Origin: the human T2T-CHM13v2.0 reference genome, Homo sapiens
Strand: one strand, 5' to 3'
Length of the DNA: 64,000 nt
Assembly: GCF_009914755.1 (NCBI RefSeq)
Contig: NC_060946.1
The notes below the pieces were generated by a model, which was given only the letters and a program-made list of their open reading frames with translations, was not told the DNA's origin and did not search any database. Positions 1-16,592 of this stretch are shown here, piece after piece (within the stretch, counting starts at the first letter, position 1; every line of letters starts with the position of its first letter). The position numbers were made by a program, and so were the translations under genes.

Positions 1-2464
1 AAGGGCTCTGTCTCCAGGCCCGGAGGAGAGCAGAGGCCCCAGCCCAGGTCAGAAAGGGGCAGAGTGGACGCAGGGCCCCAGAAGGCCAGCGCTGAGATCC
101 CTCCCCTGCCCTGTCCCCAGTAAACCTCTGGTGTGTCCCCTTGAGGCCCCCATGAGAAGAATGAGGCAAGCAGGGTGGAAATGGTGTGGTCACTCCAGAG
201 CAGTGGCCGTATCCAGCCTCCCGGCCAGCCCTCCTCCCCAGACCAAGGCCCAGGTGGCATCTCCCAGGGCAGAGCCAGGACCAGCCTCCCACCCTCCCCT
301 GCTGTGGGGGCCGAGGCAGCAGTTGGAGGTGGGGGCTCCACCTCCCCAGCCTCCGTCATTCCCTCTCAGATGACTCTTCATGTGGTTTGGTTTGCCTCTT
401 GGAGTCCCTGCAGGGTGCCCCTGCTGACCCTAAGCTGGCCTCCTGCTCGCTGGGAACCCGGCCATCCCTCTGGTTCCTGGTTCTTCCTCCAAATGAGGTC
501 TCTCTTAGCTGAGAGCAGCGCCTACACCCGGGCCACCCTCCATCCACGGCCTCACTGACCCAGGCCACAGCGGCTGCCACACCCTGGTCAGGGGCAGTCA
601 TGACCTTGGACAGGAGCTGGGACCCCTCCCCCAGCCCCAGCTGCCCACTGACAAGTGGGACAACCTGGGGCCAGGCCGGGGCTGCCCGAAGGCTACTATG
701 CTTGGGAAGACCCCAAGACAGGAGCCCTGCCCCTTGGGAGGGGTGGCAAACTGCCCCGGGACAGTGCCGGGGTGTCTGGGATGATTCGTCTCCATGTGAA
801 ATGTGGGACAGACACCCTAGACTCAGCAAGGGAACTTCTGGCTACCTGGTCAGCCCCTGCCCTAGGCCTCCATGAGAACTTCGGATCCAAGTGGGGAGGT
901 GGCTCCCCCAGCACTGCCCCTGACCTCCCAGAGCTTCCCCTGCTGGATGCTCCAGCTGCAGCTCCCAAACCACTTGGCCTGCTCTGGGCACTGCGTCTGC
1001 AGGGGCGTAGTGCCATCTGGTGGTGAAACTGGGAACTGCACCACAGCTCCAGCCCGTACCTGCCGCACACAAGTCCCGGAGACCAAGGGGTGGCCATGGA
1101 GGGATTCCAGGGGGCCTGCCGCTCCTCACCTGCTCCCCACCCACCCCCCATCTCTCTCTCAACCCAGGAGCCTGATACTGGGACACACAGACAGGCCCTG
1201 GGAGCTCACAGCCCAGCACCGTGTTTCCTGCTCCAATAGGCAGCCTAGTCCCAGCAGGTGCTGGGCAGGCACAGGGCAGCTAAGGGGACGGGTAAGGAGT
1301 CCTGGCTCTTGGCCCCAGCAAGGACCTGGGAGATGACCTTGGCACCGACCATCAGGCACTCGCCACACTGTCTCCCCAGGCTCCACTGTCTCCCCAGGCT
1401 CCGACTAGAAGGGACAGGTGGGCAGGAAGTGCCAAGAAGGTGGACTGGCCAAGCCGGTGGGCTCCTCACAGGGAGGAGCCTGGGCCTGGGCAGGGGTGGG
1501 CACGTTCAGTTCAGCCCCAGCAACCCTGGAGCCAGGGGCCTGGCAGCCGCAGCATGGCCACCTCCTGGGGCCTTGGAGCCCTGGACACCCTGGCTGACAG
1601 TCATTTACTGGGGCCACATTGTCCATGAGAGGTGACATTCTTATCTCTCTCTGATTCCTAAATAAAAAATGTGAAAAGCCGTGTCCAGAGCCTCACCCAG
1701 GAGGGAGACAAATGGCCTGCTATGGCCCGCACCCTGGGAGCGGCTTAGCCATGCTGGGGACGGGGCAGACAAAAGGTGAGCCCTTACCTCTCTGAGCCTC
1801 ACCTCTGACATGGGAAGGCCCCAGGGACAGGGAGGTCATGGGCTCAGCATCCCCAGCACTCTGCCCTTCCCCCACAGCCTGTTCCCAGGACCCAGCCCTC
1901 ATCTGTTCTCTGTCCCCTCGGGGGTGCCCCACAGGGTGGGAAGGCAGGGGAGGCTGCCCGGCACTCGGGGCATGTGTCCACTCGCCACCCTGGCCCTGGA
2001 CAGGGTGGGGCACTCTGCAGGCCACCGCATCCCTCACACAGCCCCCCGCAGACCCGTCCTCCTGGCTGTGAGTCTAGGGGAACCTGGGAGGCCCAAGACC
2101 ACCCTTGGAGCCCCATGGGCCCTGACCGAAGGCCACCACGCACCTCTTCCCCTCCTGAGGCAAAGGAGCACTCACACCTCAGGCCACAGCCCAGGCCCTG
2201 GGAGGACATGAAGGGTAGTGCCCATGCCAGGGCCCATGGCCATTTCGGCCAGGTTTCCTGGGACCCCCAACCCTCCCCATAGGGCAGCTCTGAGGGCTGG
2301 AGAGGGAGTAGACCCTGACAGGCAGCCTGGGTGGGTGTGGGCCAAGAGCCCAGGTTAGGAGGGGGCACAGAGATAGGGTCCTCTGAGGGCTGTGGCTAGC
2401 CCAGTGACACCGAGTTCCATCCACTCAGGGCCTGTTCCCTGGCTTTTAAGATAAGCTTGGGAAC

Positions 2465-2787
<323 letters not shown>

Positions 2788-3029
2788 TTAGGGCATGGAA
2801 CATCAAGGCGGCAGTGCAGACAGCAGAACAGCCCCATCTGGCCCCTGCCCTGCGCTGCAGCCCGGCTCCAGCAGGAAGGACTCGGGTCTCCATGCTGGGC
2901 GCCCCAGCCTCTCCTCCTCTTTGCCCTCCCAACCCATTCCTGGGCAGCAGAGGAGGGGCAAGGGCACAGGGCAGACCCTCTGAACCAGGCTCCTCGAGGC
3001 CATCTGGACACTGTGGCAACATGGGCAGG

Positions 3030-3290
3030 AAGCGGCTTCCGTTGCAAATGATGTCCAGGGAGGCGCCGGCCTGGCAACGGGGCCACGGCCCCCCCAGCAC
3101 ACTGCTCTGGCCACACTTTCCGCCCTCGAGGCCGGGAGTTCCGGCTTCCAGCCAGTGCCCCCGCCGCAGCCGCGCCGTCCTGCACGACATCCTGGAACCT
3201 GGACCTGAGGCGAACCCCCACGCCCACCCCAATCCAGGACACCGCTTGGCAGGGCGCTTGGCCTTTGTTAGCGTATATGACCCCGTGAGT
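3030..3290. promoter_or_regulatory. Small CpG-rich patch
   Basis: Local CpG enrichment, e.g. ggcgccggc, ccgccgcagccgcgccg. Confidence 0.35.
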
Positions 3291-3744
3291 GGGGAACCCC
3301 AGGGCTGGGGATCCAGGGCCCCGTCTCTCCAAGAGTCCCCCACCTTCTCGGGCTCAGGGTGATTGGCAAGGATCACAGGGAGGGGTGAGAGGGGCTGGGG
3401 GAGGAAGGGCTTCAGGGCTGACTGAGACAGCAGCAACTTTCCCTGGCACAGGCGGGGAGAGGAGTGGGGGCATCAGGGAGCTTGGGGTTTCCAGGCCAAG
3501 GAGGGTGGTGCCCAGGGTCAAGGGTGACGGGAGGACACTGGGCCATTCAGGGGGTCCTGGGCGCCCCCTCGGGGCCACTGGGGAAGCTCATCTGGGCCTG
3601 GGCACCTACGGTGGGATCTAAGGACCCCGCCCTGCTGTTCGCCCAGGAAGCCAGTGTTGTCTTCCTTGCTACAGGAGCCACCTGTCTCTGTGAGGACCTC
3701 TCACTCCTCAGCATCCTGGCCCCTGTGGGGCACCTAGCAGGCTG

Positions 3745-4110
3745 GGGACACACAGAGCAGGTGCAGCCCCCACCCCACTCACTCAGGGACACAGAGAGCA
3801 GGGGGCAGGCCCCGCCCCACTCAGGGACACAGAGAGCAAGAGGCAGCCCCCGCCCCACTCACTCAGGGACACAGAGAACAGGGTGCAGCCCCCCGCCCCA
3901 CTCACTCAGGGACACAGAGAGCAGGGTGCAGCCCCCCACCCCACTCACTCAGGGACGCAGAGAGCAGGGGGCAGGCCCCGCCCCACGCACTCAGGGACAG
4001 AGAGCAGGGTTCATCCTCCCGCCCCACTCACTCAGGGACACAGAGAGCAGGGGGCAGGCCCCGCCCCACTCACTCAGGGATGCAGAGAGCAGGGGGCAGC
4101 CCCCTCCCCT
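3745..4110 (+). repeat. GC-rich minisatellite, about 9 units of 38-43 bp
   Basis: Repeated CCCCACTCACTCAGGGACACAGAGAGCAGG(G/T)GCAG. Confidence 0.95.
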
Positions 4111-4558
4111 GCTGCTCAAGGCCTCCTCCACCCCACCCCAGGGCCACCTCACCTCAGGGTTCCTCCAAGAGGCCTTCCTTAGCCCCCATCCCAAGTTGCC
4201 CCATGGGGTCTCTGAGCTCAGCAAATCCGGAGACCCATGACATTCCAGCAAGGAATGAACAGGGCAGAGGCCAGGGGAGGTTCCTGAAGGCTGCCGCCGC
4301 CCTCTGGCAGCTAACAGACAGCCTCCAGTAGCCAGGGCCAGGTATCCAGCCGCCTCTGCTGGGGAGGCCCCACGTGGCACTGAGAACAGGAGAGAGGTCT
4401 TCTGCAGACAAGATCTTTCAAGACACTTCTTGAAGTGGAGAGCAGAGGCTGACATAGCAGGACACCCTGGCAGGAAGAAGGCAAGCAGCTGGCAAGCAGT
4501 AGCCTCGTCACTGGTATGAGGAGACGTGTGCTGCAAACAAGCATGGCAGGACAGCAGC

Positions 4559-4712
4559 GGGAGCTGGTACTGTCCCCACTCCAGACCGCAGCCCTGCAGC
4601 CCGAGACGAGTGGGAGCCAGTACTGCCCCCACTCCAGACCGCAGCCCTGCAGCCCGAGACGAGTGGGAGCCGGGACTGTCCCCACTCCAGACTGCAGCCC
4701 TGCAGCCCAAGA
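4559..4712 (+). repeat. Tandem repeat, 53-bp unit, about 3 copies
   Basis: gagc(t/c)(g/a)g(t/g)actg(t/c)ccccactccagac(c/t)gcagccctgcagccc starts at 4561, 4614 and 4667. Confidence 0.95.
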
Positions 4713-4841
4713 TGCTGCCTGGAGGCAGGAGGCCTCCCTTCCAAGACCTGGGTGTCCGGCTTTCTCAAGTTAACAAGGAGAGAGGAGTGCCGGGCAGCTC
4801 TGCCTGCCTCCCCTATAAACAGGGATCAAAAAGAAAGAAAA

Positions 4842-5668
<827 letters not shown>

Positions 5669-6112
5669 CCCAAAACTAATTTTTTAAAAAGCAGAGAGAG
5701 TGTGTGTGTTTGGATTCAAGGAAAATCTTATCTACAAGCAAAGGTAGAAAGAAGGACTCACAGAATCTATCCAAAAGGCCCAACATCTGACTGACAGGAG
5801 TTCCAGAATGAGCAGGAAACGAGAAGAAATGTTATCAAAGAAATGCCAGGTCTCAAGGCAGAACGTGCTCACCAAGCGCCCAGCGTGGTGAGGAAACACC
5901 CGCAGTTGGTGTGACCCCCCAGAGGTGCAGGGATCAGAGGGGACCCTGCAGGCTTCCGGGGAGAAGGCCGGCGGCCTGGCTAGCTCTCACCACCAAGGAC
6001 CACGACTGGCCTTCCAGTCCTGTTGGAAAATGCCCTCTTCCCCGATTCTCTCCCCAGCCTGATGTCCAGCAGGTGTGAGGTCAGGGTAAGACGCTTCTAG
6101 TCCCGTGAGGCC

Positions 6113-6209
6113 TTTTTTTTTTTTTTTTGAGATGGGGTCTCGCTCTGTCGCCCAGGCTGGAGTGCGTGCAGTGGCACAATCTCGGCTCACGGCAAACTCT
6201 GCCTCCCAG
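6113..6209 (-). mobile_element. 5'-truncated Alu (3' end only)
   Basis: Poly-T followed by gagatggggtctcgctctgtcgcccaggctgg...gcctccca. Confidence 0.85.
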
Positions 6210-6795
6210 ATACCACACAAGGACTTCTCCGAGCCAGCTTTCTGAGGGTTAACTGAGGGCTGAGGGGTTCAAGAAGGAGGACACGGGCACAGGGACTCAC
6301 GGGCAGTGAGAGGCAGTGGGGCCAATGGCGTGAGGAGCACCAGAGAGCAGGAGGGAACGGGCCCGGGGCGTGAATCCGGCCCCATGAGTGCTCTTCGGCC
6401 GCCCAAAACCGGTCCCATGGGTAACAGCGTGGCCTTCGGCAAGTGACTAAAGGGCTTCCTGCCTCAGCTTCCCCACCTGTAAACAGAGGATAACAATGGC
6501 ATGTACTGGATCTGGCATAAAGTAAATGTTCAATAGATAGCTAGAAAAGAATGTTTTAAAACCTCAGAGATACATTAGGCGAAAATAAAAGCTGGGCTAC
6601 AGAATGACCTCTTCCGTGGGGACGAGGGGCAGAGGACGGCAGCCCACCTCCAGGAGGAGCTTAAAGAGGCGGCTCCTGGCTGCAGGGACAGGAGATAGAA
6701 GTGGGAAAGGCTTGGGCGCCATTTTTATTGTTTGGTATTTTTTGAATCCACACTGTGTGTGTATTATCGGTTTTACATCTTAAGAAAAATAACCA

Positions 6796-7102
6796 GGCTG
6801 GGTGCAGTGGCTCATGTCTGTAATCCCAACACTTTCAGAGGCTGAGGCAAGAGATCGCTTGAGGCCAGGAGTTTGAGACCAGCTGGGCAACACAGGGAGA
6901 CCCCCCCATCTCTGCAAAAAATTTAAAAATTAGCCGGGCATGGTTGCATAAATCTGTAGTCCTAGCTACTTGGGAGGCTCAGATGGGAGGATTGCCTGAG
7001 CACAGGGATTGGAGGCCGCAATGAGACATCATTGTGCCACTGCACTCCAGCCTGGGTGACAGAGCAAGGCCCTTTCCCATAAAAAGAAAGAAAGAAAAAA
7101 AA
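6796..7102 (+). mobile_element. AluJ
   Basis: Diverged dimeric Alu about 200 bp upstream of the CCDC188-like ATG. Confidence 0.9.
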
Positions 7103-7205
7103 CTCTTGGTGGGTCAGAGGCAGTGAGGTCATCAGGCGGGGCAGCTTCAGGACCAGGTGGAAGGGGCCCACTGTGACCTCCCTGGCTGCACCCAGGCCTT
7201 TGTGA

Positions 7206-9544
<2,339 letters not shown>

Positions 9545-10913
9545 GCCGGAGGCCCAGCGGCCCCAGCAAGGAGGTGGCCAGGCGACCAGCGCTGCCCCAG
9601 ATGCCCAGTGGCTGCGCTGGCCCCCTGCACACGGCACCACTGTGCACCGTCCCTGCCAGGAGCTGCAGAGAAGGGGGGTGGCGGGGTCTGTCCTGAGGGT
9701 TGGGCCTGTGGTTGGACATAGAATCATGACATATGTAGCCGGTGAGCACGTCTCTGTGGAAATTGGGGAAGGGACGCCGGGGCGATCCGGCAGCGAGGGT
9801 CCCTCAGGGTGGAGACCCCAGCTCAGGGCCGGCTTCCCACCCCACATCCCACCTGCCCTCCAGAAGGCAGCCCCTCTGCACGGGGCTCTGACCCAAGGCG
9901 TCTTAGGAGGGTCTCCACTGACAGGCAACAGCAGTAAGGACTGGGGAGTCCTCAGGTCTTGCCCCCTGGGCCAGGCCCTCCCAGGGACCTCAGAGGTCAG
10001 GTTTTCAGCACTGAACCTGCTGATCCACTGACCTCATGCCCCTCATGCAACTCCCCTCCCTTCCTGGCCACCACCCTCCCTGCCCAGGTCCTGTCACCTC
10101 CCCAACCCAGGGCCCTGTCCGGTCCAGGGGGCCACACTGGTAGACAGAACTGTGGAGATCAACACCAAAAATTCTATCTGGGGAATTAATTAGCAGGGAT
10201 ACCCTTAAGAACAATAGAGAATGGTTTTGTGGCTTTCTCATCCCAAAATGGGAGAAATAGAGCCGCAGCCCAAGGTAAACCAGGGACAGGGACCCTGTGC
10301 TGAAGGGCTGGCCGGGATGCCACGCTGCCATAGGCTGTACCACTGCTGGAGGACACAGGACTTGGGCCTTGGGCCCTCTGAGCTCCCAGCGGCATCATCT
10401 TTGGGAGCAGGCAACCCCAGCGGGGCCCAGGCAGAGCTGGCCATGACCACAGGACCTTGGTGGCAGGCAGGGGCCAATGGCTCACCAGGCTAGCGGCTCC
10501 AGGAAGTTAAGTCATCTGTTCATGTGTCAGGGGAAGGGAAGGAGGAGTGCAGAAACCTTTGGGGGCAACCTGAGACCCCCCCACCCAGCCCACTCCACGG
10601 AGGCCTGGGCTCCCAGAGGAGGAAGTGGCTTAGTCTAAAGAGGTTGGTTGGGCAGGGAGGCCGGGCAAAGGTTGTGCTGGTCCCCACAGCTCTGGGGCTG
10701 CCCCCTGTGGGGTGCTGGACCCCCTGCAGCAGGTGGGGGACTCCTTGAGGTCACGTGGACACAGGGTCTCAGGCGCTGGCAGGCTGGGAGTCTGTCAAGC
10801 TGTGGCTGGTGAAGAGAGCCCAGCCCACCCCCAGCCCTGCCCCAGGGTCCATGGCAGTCTGACCTCCTGGGTCCCCAGCTGGGCTGTCCCAGACCCGCCT
10901 ACTTGTCATCCTG

Positions 10914-11124
10914 CTAGGGCCCGGAAAGGCTGGGGAAAAGACTGGAGGCAGCCAAGGGCAGGCAGCACATGGCCCCGCATGGGGGTGCCCTGGCGACCAG
11001 GCTCCAGGGGGCCCGCAGTGGTGGGTGGTCCTCTGGGTGGCCAAGGTGGCACAGGAGCAGCCCAGGAGGCACCCAAGGCTGGCCACACTGCCCCCATCCA
11101 CAGGTGCAGGTGCCAATCCACCCC
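10914..11124 (-). pseudogene. ZDHHC8P1: Alternative terminal exon of the longer ZDHHC8 isoform, frame intact
   Basis: cacag|G GGG TGG ATT GGC ACC TGC...gives (R)GWIGTCTCGWGQCGQPWVPPGLLLCHLGHPEDHPPLRAPWSLVARAPPCGAMCCLPLAASSLFPSLSGP*. Phase is compatible with the donor at 14336. Matches my recollection of the alternative ZDHHC8 C-terminus. Confidence 0.8.
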
Positions 11125-11699
11125 CTGTGGGCTGTGGCATCCGTGAGAGAGAAGCAGAAAGTTGGTCAACACGGCACCAGCTTCAGGGCCCTAGAGCTCA
11201 CACCCTTCCCGCATTGAGATAGCCTCAGCCCAGGATGTCTCAGCCCCGAACAGCTGTGCACCCCTCACACTCCCTCAGCGCTGCCCCTGGCATTTGGCAG
11301 GCAGGAGAGTTCCAGCAGGTTCAGCAGCCCCTACAGGGCCCTGTGCCAGCAGGTGGCCCCTATGCACCCCTATTTCATCTCCCCAAGCTCTTGGGTTCCT
11401 GGGATTCCCCTGTGGGTAGTGGCAGACCCAAGTCTTTCCCCCAAACACCCTGTCACTGCCAGAACTGATGCAGACCCAAGGCGAGAGACCCTCACACTTC
11501 CCAGCCACAGACCATCGGCCACCCCCTCCTCCCAAGCCTCTGACTCAGCCCAAGTCCACAGAAATGCCCCCAAGGAACCCACCGATCCCTGCACACCAGA
11601 CAGCAGCCACCCCCTCTTCTGAGGCCTGGCCCCTGCCCTCCCCTAACTCTGGGGGTTCTGCAGCAACAGCCCTGGCCTTGCCTGAGGAAAGAATCAAAA

Positions 11700-12858
11700 T
11701 AACTTTTTTAAAATAAAATTATAGATATATAGATGTAGATATAAAAACATAAAACAGAAACAACGCAAGCGGACGCTGTTGTGTGCTTACTCTCAGGTCC
11801 CTGACACCAAGGGAAGCACTGACCCCTCCCCAGTGTGCTTTGCCACGGCGTGAGCACCGCAGCCAGGCCGGGGCTGGGGACGTGGCATGCCTTGGGGCAG
11901 GGTTCTCCAGTTTGGCAGGGAGGGCCTGAGGGCTGGGGAGGAGGCTCTGGGTGTCACAGGCCCCGTGGCAGCATCACCCCCGTGCCTGCTCCCGCCTGCC
12001 CCGTTGCCTCCCATAAGAGCATAAAAAAAGGTTCAGGCTTTGGTGAAAGGGACGGCGGCGGCCGGAACACTGACACATGGCTGGCCATCTGTCCACCCAT
12101 CCACCACTACCCAGAGCAGATCAGAGCAGAAGCATCATTGGCCTTGCCAAGCTACGAGCTTCCAGCGGGGTCCATGAAAGGCAACGTGTTAGGAGTAGCC
12201 TGGCTGGGGACACTCGGTCTGGGAACCCACAGGCTGTGTCGGAAGGACGGCGGGGGCCCTGGGTGCCTCTGTCGATCTCTGGGACCCATCCGTAAGGGGA
12301 CCGTTGGGGGCTGGCCTGGCAATGACCTGGGGTGCATGGGTGATGGGAGTGAGCCAAGCCTGGCTGAGAGAGCGTGCCCCAAAGAGACTGACTGGGCCCC
12401 CTCACTGCCCCAGCCATGGGATGGGCCCAGACACAGACCAGCCCAGTGGCCCTTGGCCCAGTGAGCCAACTTCCCCATGGGCAGATGAGTGGACGGGCAG
12501 ATGAGTGGACAGGCAGGCAGAGCGCTTGCGGCAAGCTGTGGAGGCGTGGCACTCTCTCCCGCCGATGGGTCCACACCAGGCTGGGGTGGCCTTGGGTCCC
12601 TGGGGCAGAGAAGTTGATGGGGAACGGGGGTGTGCTGCGGGGTCCTGGTCCCCGTGGCACCACGGCGGATGGGTGGTGGTCAGTCCTCACACCAGGATCT
12701 CGTACATGGTCCCACCCACGCCAGACACCTTCTTAACCAGCGTGTGCCACATAGATCTGGCAGAGGGCCCTGGGGGGCCTGTGGCAGGTCCCAGCCGGGC
12801 CAGGCCCAGAGACTGCCCATTAAGCTTACCTGGGGGAGTCTTCAGCTGAGGGTGGTCC
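11700..12858 (-). pseudogene. ZDHHC8P1: ZDHHC8-like terminal exon encoding the PDZ-ligand tail (coding 12858-12687), plus 3'UTR
   Basis: gcag|G GAC CAC CCT CAG CTG AAG ACT CCC...GTT AAG AAG GTG TCT GGC GTG GGT GGG ACC ATG TAC GAG ATC CTG GTG TGA. The AT-rich 3' end near 11700-11760 is approximate. Confidence 0.92.
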
Positions 12859-14335
12859 CTGCATCAAAACAAGCACATACACGCATGCACACGGTGAACA
12901 CACGAACACGGGGACAGAGGACGGAGGAGGCAACAGGACAGAGACGACACAGACGTGGACTGGTGTAGCCATGTCGTGGGGCCCTGGGCAGTCCCTGCCC
13001 TCTAGGCTCGGAGGGTTCACCCAGAAAGTAGGAGGGAGATGCAGAGCCTGCCTGGGGAGCGGCTGTGCCATCACAGGACAGATGTCGTCAGAACTGCCAC
13101 CACCCTCCCAAGTCCCTGGGTCCCTAGGCAGCACTGGCCACAGAGAGCATGGGGCAGTCAGGTGGGCACTGAATGGAGCCCCTGCCCTGCTCTGCACTGG
13201 GAGCCCGGCCACTCTGCCTGGCCTCATTCCTGCTCTCTCTCAGGAAAACGAGGGGCTGCCCTCCTGCCCACCAGCGCTGACCAACAGCAGCTCTATCCTT
13301 GCTGCTTAAACCTTCTCGAGGTGAGAGCCCTTTGTCCCCGGGCTGCGATCCCTGCCTGGCTGCAATGCTGCCCACTTCTAGGTCTCGGGCTCCCCACTCA
13401 TCACTCCCAGTGGCAGCCTCCTCCCCAACTCCACAAAAGCTGAACAGACTCCTACCCTGTGGGGTAGGGGAGGCCTCCTCAGGGCTGGACTGCTGTGCCC
13501 TCAGCCCCTTTGTGGCCAAGTGGCCTGGGCTGGGCTGGGCGGGGCTGGGCTCTCCCCCTGGGGCCGCATCTGACGACAGGAAACAGCTGAGCCTGTGCTT
13601 GAGGTTTCCAGGCCCAGACGGGGTGACAGACGACAGATGCCGTGAGGACACCATGCGTCCGTGGCGTGGGTCCTGGCCCCAGCAGGTGTGCAGCTCTCCT
13701 ACCTGGGCCTGGGCCTACAAGCCAGCTGACCCCGCTCTCTCAGTTACCAACCTGCTGGGTGCCTGGAGCCAGCCTGCTTTCTCCAGTCCTCAGTTTCCCC
13801 ACTACGAGCAGGGAAGCCCCTGCTTCCCAGAACTATGTCCCACAGGGAGGGCCAGGGCCCGGCCACCCAGGGAGGCACATTCTGCTGCGAGGTAATGTCC
13901 TCAGCCCCAGCCTCCTAGAGATGCAGCAAAGCAGGCCCAGGGAGAGCACCGGGTAGACAGGGCCACTGTGACCCAGGATGCCAGAGCCACAGCCTAAAGG
14001 AGGCCCAGGCTGCCACATGATACTGACCCCAAAGAGAAAGCCCCATGGCCTCCTACGTGCTGGGTCTGTGCCAGCTCTGGAAGAACAAGTCATTGGGATC
14101 AGGACACAAATTCTCATACCCTGTCCCCAGAGCATGCCCAGGACATCCTCAGAGCTGGGCCACACGGGCTAGCCAAAGCCTTCAATGCAGGGTGAGGCGC
14201 ATCCTCCCTGTCCCGTCCCCAGAGAAAAACTCAGGCCCCTGGGATGACCTATGAGTGCCCAGCCAAGAGGGGCCCTGCAGACGGCTGGACAGCTGCCCTG
14301 TGCCAGGAAGCCCACCCGCACCTCCCAGCACCCAC

Positions 14336-15335
14336 CTCTGCACGGTCAGCGAGGGCGGTGGCTCTAGGAGGTCCATTTGGATGAAGGTGACACCTTTGGG
14401 GCCTGTGTAGGATGGTGAGTGGGGAGTGCCGGGCGGGGAGGGCAGGCCCTGGCGTGCGGGCGACCTGTGTGAGCCACTACTGGGCCGGGGCCCCGGGGCG
14501 TTGCTGCTGACCTGATCAGCCTGCAGGGAGGAGGACGACGTCCGCAGTGCACGGCTCACGGAGCTGGAAAGCGAGGACAATGATGTCTGCAGGACAGGGT
14601 TGCAGGCGCCGCCGAAGCCGGGCCTGGCCACAAGGTCATCTGTAGAGCTGTAGCACAGCGTAGGACCTCAGAAGCCCTCAGACAGCACACTGGCCTGCTG
14701 CAGGCTGTAGGAGCTGGGAGCATCATAGACGCCTGAGTCGCCGAAGAGTGAGTCGGCCTGGGAGCGCAGCAGGCACTCACGCTCCTCCCTGTCCTTGCGC
14801 TCCTGGATGGATGCCATGATGGTCCTGGACAGGATGTCGTAGAGCACAGGCGAGGGCTCCTGGGGCCGGGGGCCCAGCACGGGACTGAAGCTGTGGGGCA
14901 GGGGCCATGGTGGGTCGCCCGTTGCCCCAGGGTGCAGGTAGGGTGAGTGGTATCCGGCCACGCCAACTGCTGGATGGGCGAGGCAGGCGTGGCCACCAGG
15001 CGAGCCAGGGTTGAGCACATTATTGTAGGACAGGCTGCGATTGTGGTTGGGCAGTGCATGGGGGGGCAAAGATGCTACGGTGGGGCATGGGAGGCCCACC
15101 CTCGGAGCACAGGGGCTGCAGGGCCACGTAGTCCCCGCCCTGCCGGCTTGAGGCCTTGAGGCTCAGGGAGCACAAAGCAATGAGAAGGCATCAGAGGCGC
15201 TGAGCGGTGGGGATGGCAGGTAGGCTGCGTGCAGGCCCCCGGGCCCATAGTCAGGGAAGTCCAGGCTCGGCTCGACACAAAGTCCAGGCTATGGATGCTG
15301 TCGTCCCCCAGGATAAGGGAATCGGGGCCTGGAAC
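14336..15335 (-). pseudogene. ZDHHC8P1: ZDHHC8-like large (1000 bp) penultimate exon
   Basis: ORF-track pieces VPGPDSLILGDDSIHSLDFVS, HALPNHNRSLSY...QQASVLSEGF* and ARPGFGGACNPVLQTS...LTVQR. Indels near 15274 (-1), 15180 (-1) and 15060-15066 (+1). CGA>TGA at 14670-14668. Confidence 0.95.
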
Positions 15336-16592
15336 CTGTAGGGAGAAGGCATTCTCACCACTGCCCACCTGCTACCCTGCCTGCAGCTGCCAGTCAGCAC
15401 CCACGGGGTCCACACCTGGCACCGCGGCCTCAGGAACTGGGCCTCAAGGAGCCGTTAAGAGCCACATAGTGACCCATGGCCCTGTCCCTGAGCATCCATG
15501 GCTGAGGGGCAGGGGCTCTGCAGCGGGAGGGAGGCCACAGCTGGCTACTGCAGACACCCAGGGCTCAGCCTTTTGAGCTACGCAGTCCCAGGGGCCTACC
15601 ACTCAGGGCAACCACAGGGAGGAGGGGCCTCGTCTAGCCTCTTTGATGGGCACGTGGGCATGGGCTTGGGCTTGGGCTAGGGACAAGAGCCTCAGGAACC
15701 ACAAAGCCAGAAGGCGATCAGGGCCAATGTAGGCTCAATGCACTTGGCCAACCAGACCCAATCCCCCACTGGACCCAGGAGTCCCAGGAAGATGACATAC
15801 CCGGAGCCCTCATCTCCAAGCAGGGCTACCGCCTCCTGAGAGGCATGGCCCCTGCATGCCTGCAGACTCAGACCCTTGACAAGGAGCCTAGACTCACTGC
15901 TCCACCATGTGACTCTCTCCAGGAAGGACATCAATCCTGAGGGGAGAGGTCCCCAGGGATGGGGCTGGTCTGGGTGCACGGGCCCAGCCACAGGCCTGCC
16001 TCTCCGGGTGGCCCAGAAGGAGGGACGGCGCCCTGGGGCTGTTCAGCATTCCTGATCACTGCACAGACCGCCCTGCGCTGCTCACCATTCCAGTGACCAC
16101 AGAGCACTCATGCAACTCAGGGAAGAAAAATGTGCTTTCTCCAGCAGGTCTCAAATTCTTCCAAAGTCTTCCCATAGGCCTTACAGAGTGACTAATGGTG
16201 GAATTCCACGCATCCTGGTACCCAGTGCTCCTGGAGCCAGCCGCCCACCTGGCCTAGGACAACGCTGGCCAAGGGACAGATGCCAAGCCTGGACGTCCCG
16301 TGCCAGCCCCTTCCAGGACACCCTGCTCCTCTCCGTGGGTCCCAGCTCTGGGTGCACACAGGCAGGGTCCTACCAGTCACACAAGGCCCTTGGTGACCCA
16401 GGCAGAGCCCTGAGGGGTGTGGCCTCAGGGGATGTGGCCTCTGCTGGAGAGGCAGGGCTCAGGGGGGGCCCTTCACGGGGTGAAAGCTGTGGGGAGAGCT
16501 CCTGGAGGCAGGCCTGGGGGGACAGGGCTTGGGCGTGCAGGGGGCAGGGGGCAAGGCGGGGGAGGAGTGGGGGGCAGGCCACGCCTCTTTAC

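Noticed and set aside
3464-4710. 258-aa and 239-aa ORFs
   Set aside because: They run through GC-rich minisatellites, with repetitive low-complexity translation.
6113-6250. Truncated Alu as a candidate duplication breakpoint
   Set aside because: Degenerate L1M-like sequence appears to continue on both sides, so a simple 5'-truncated insertion is more likely.
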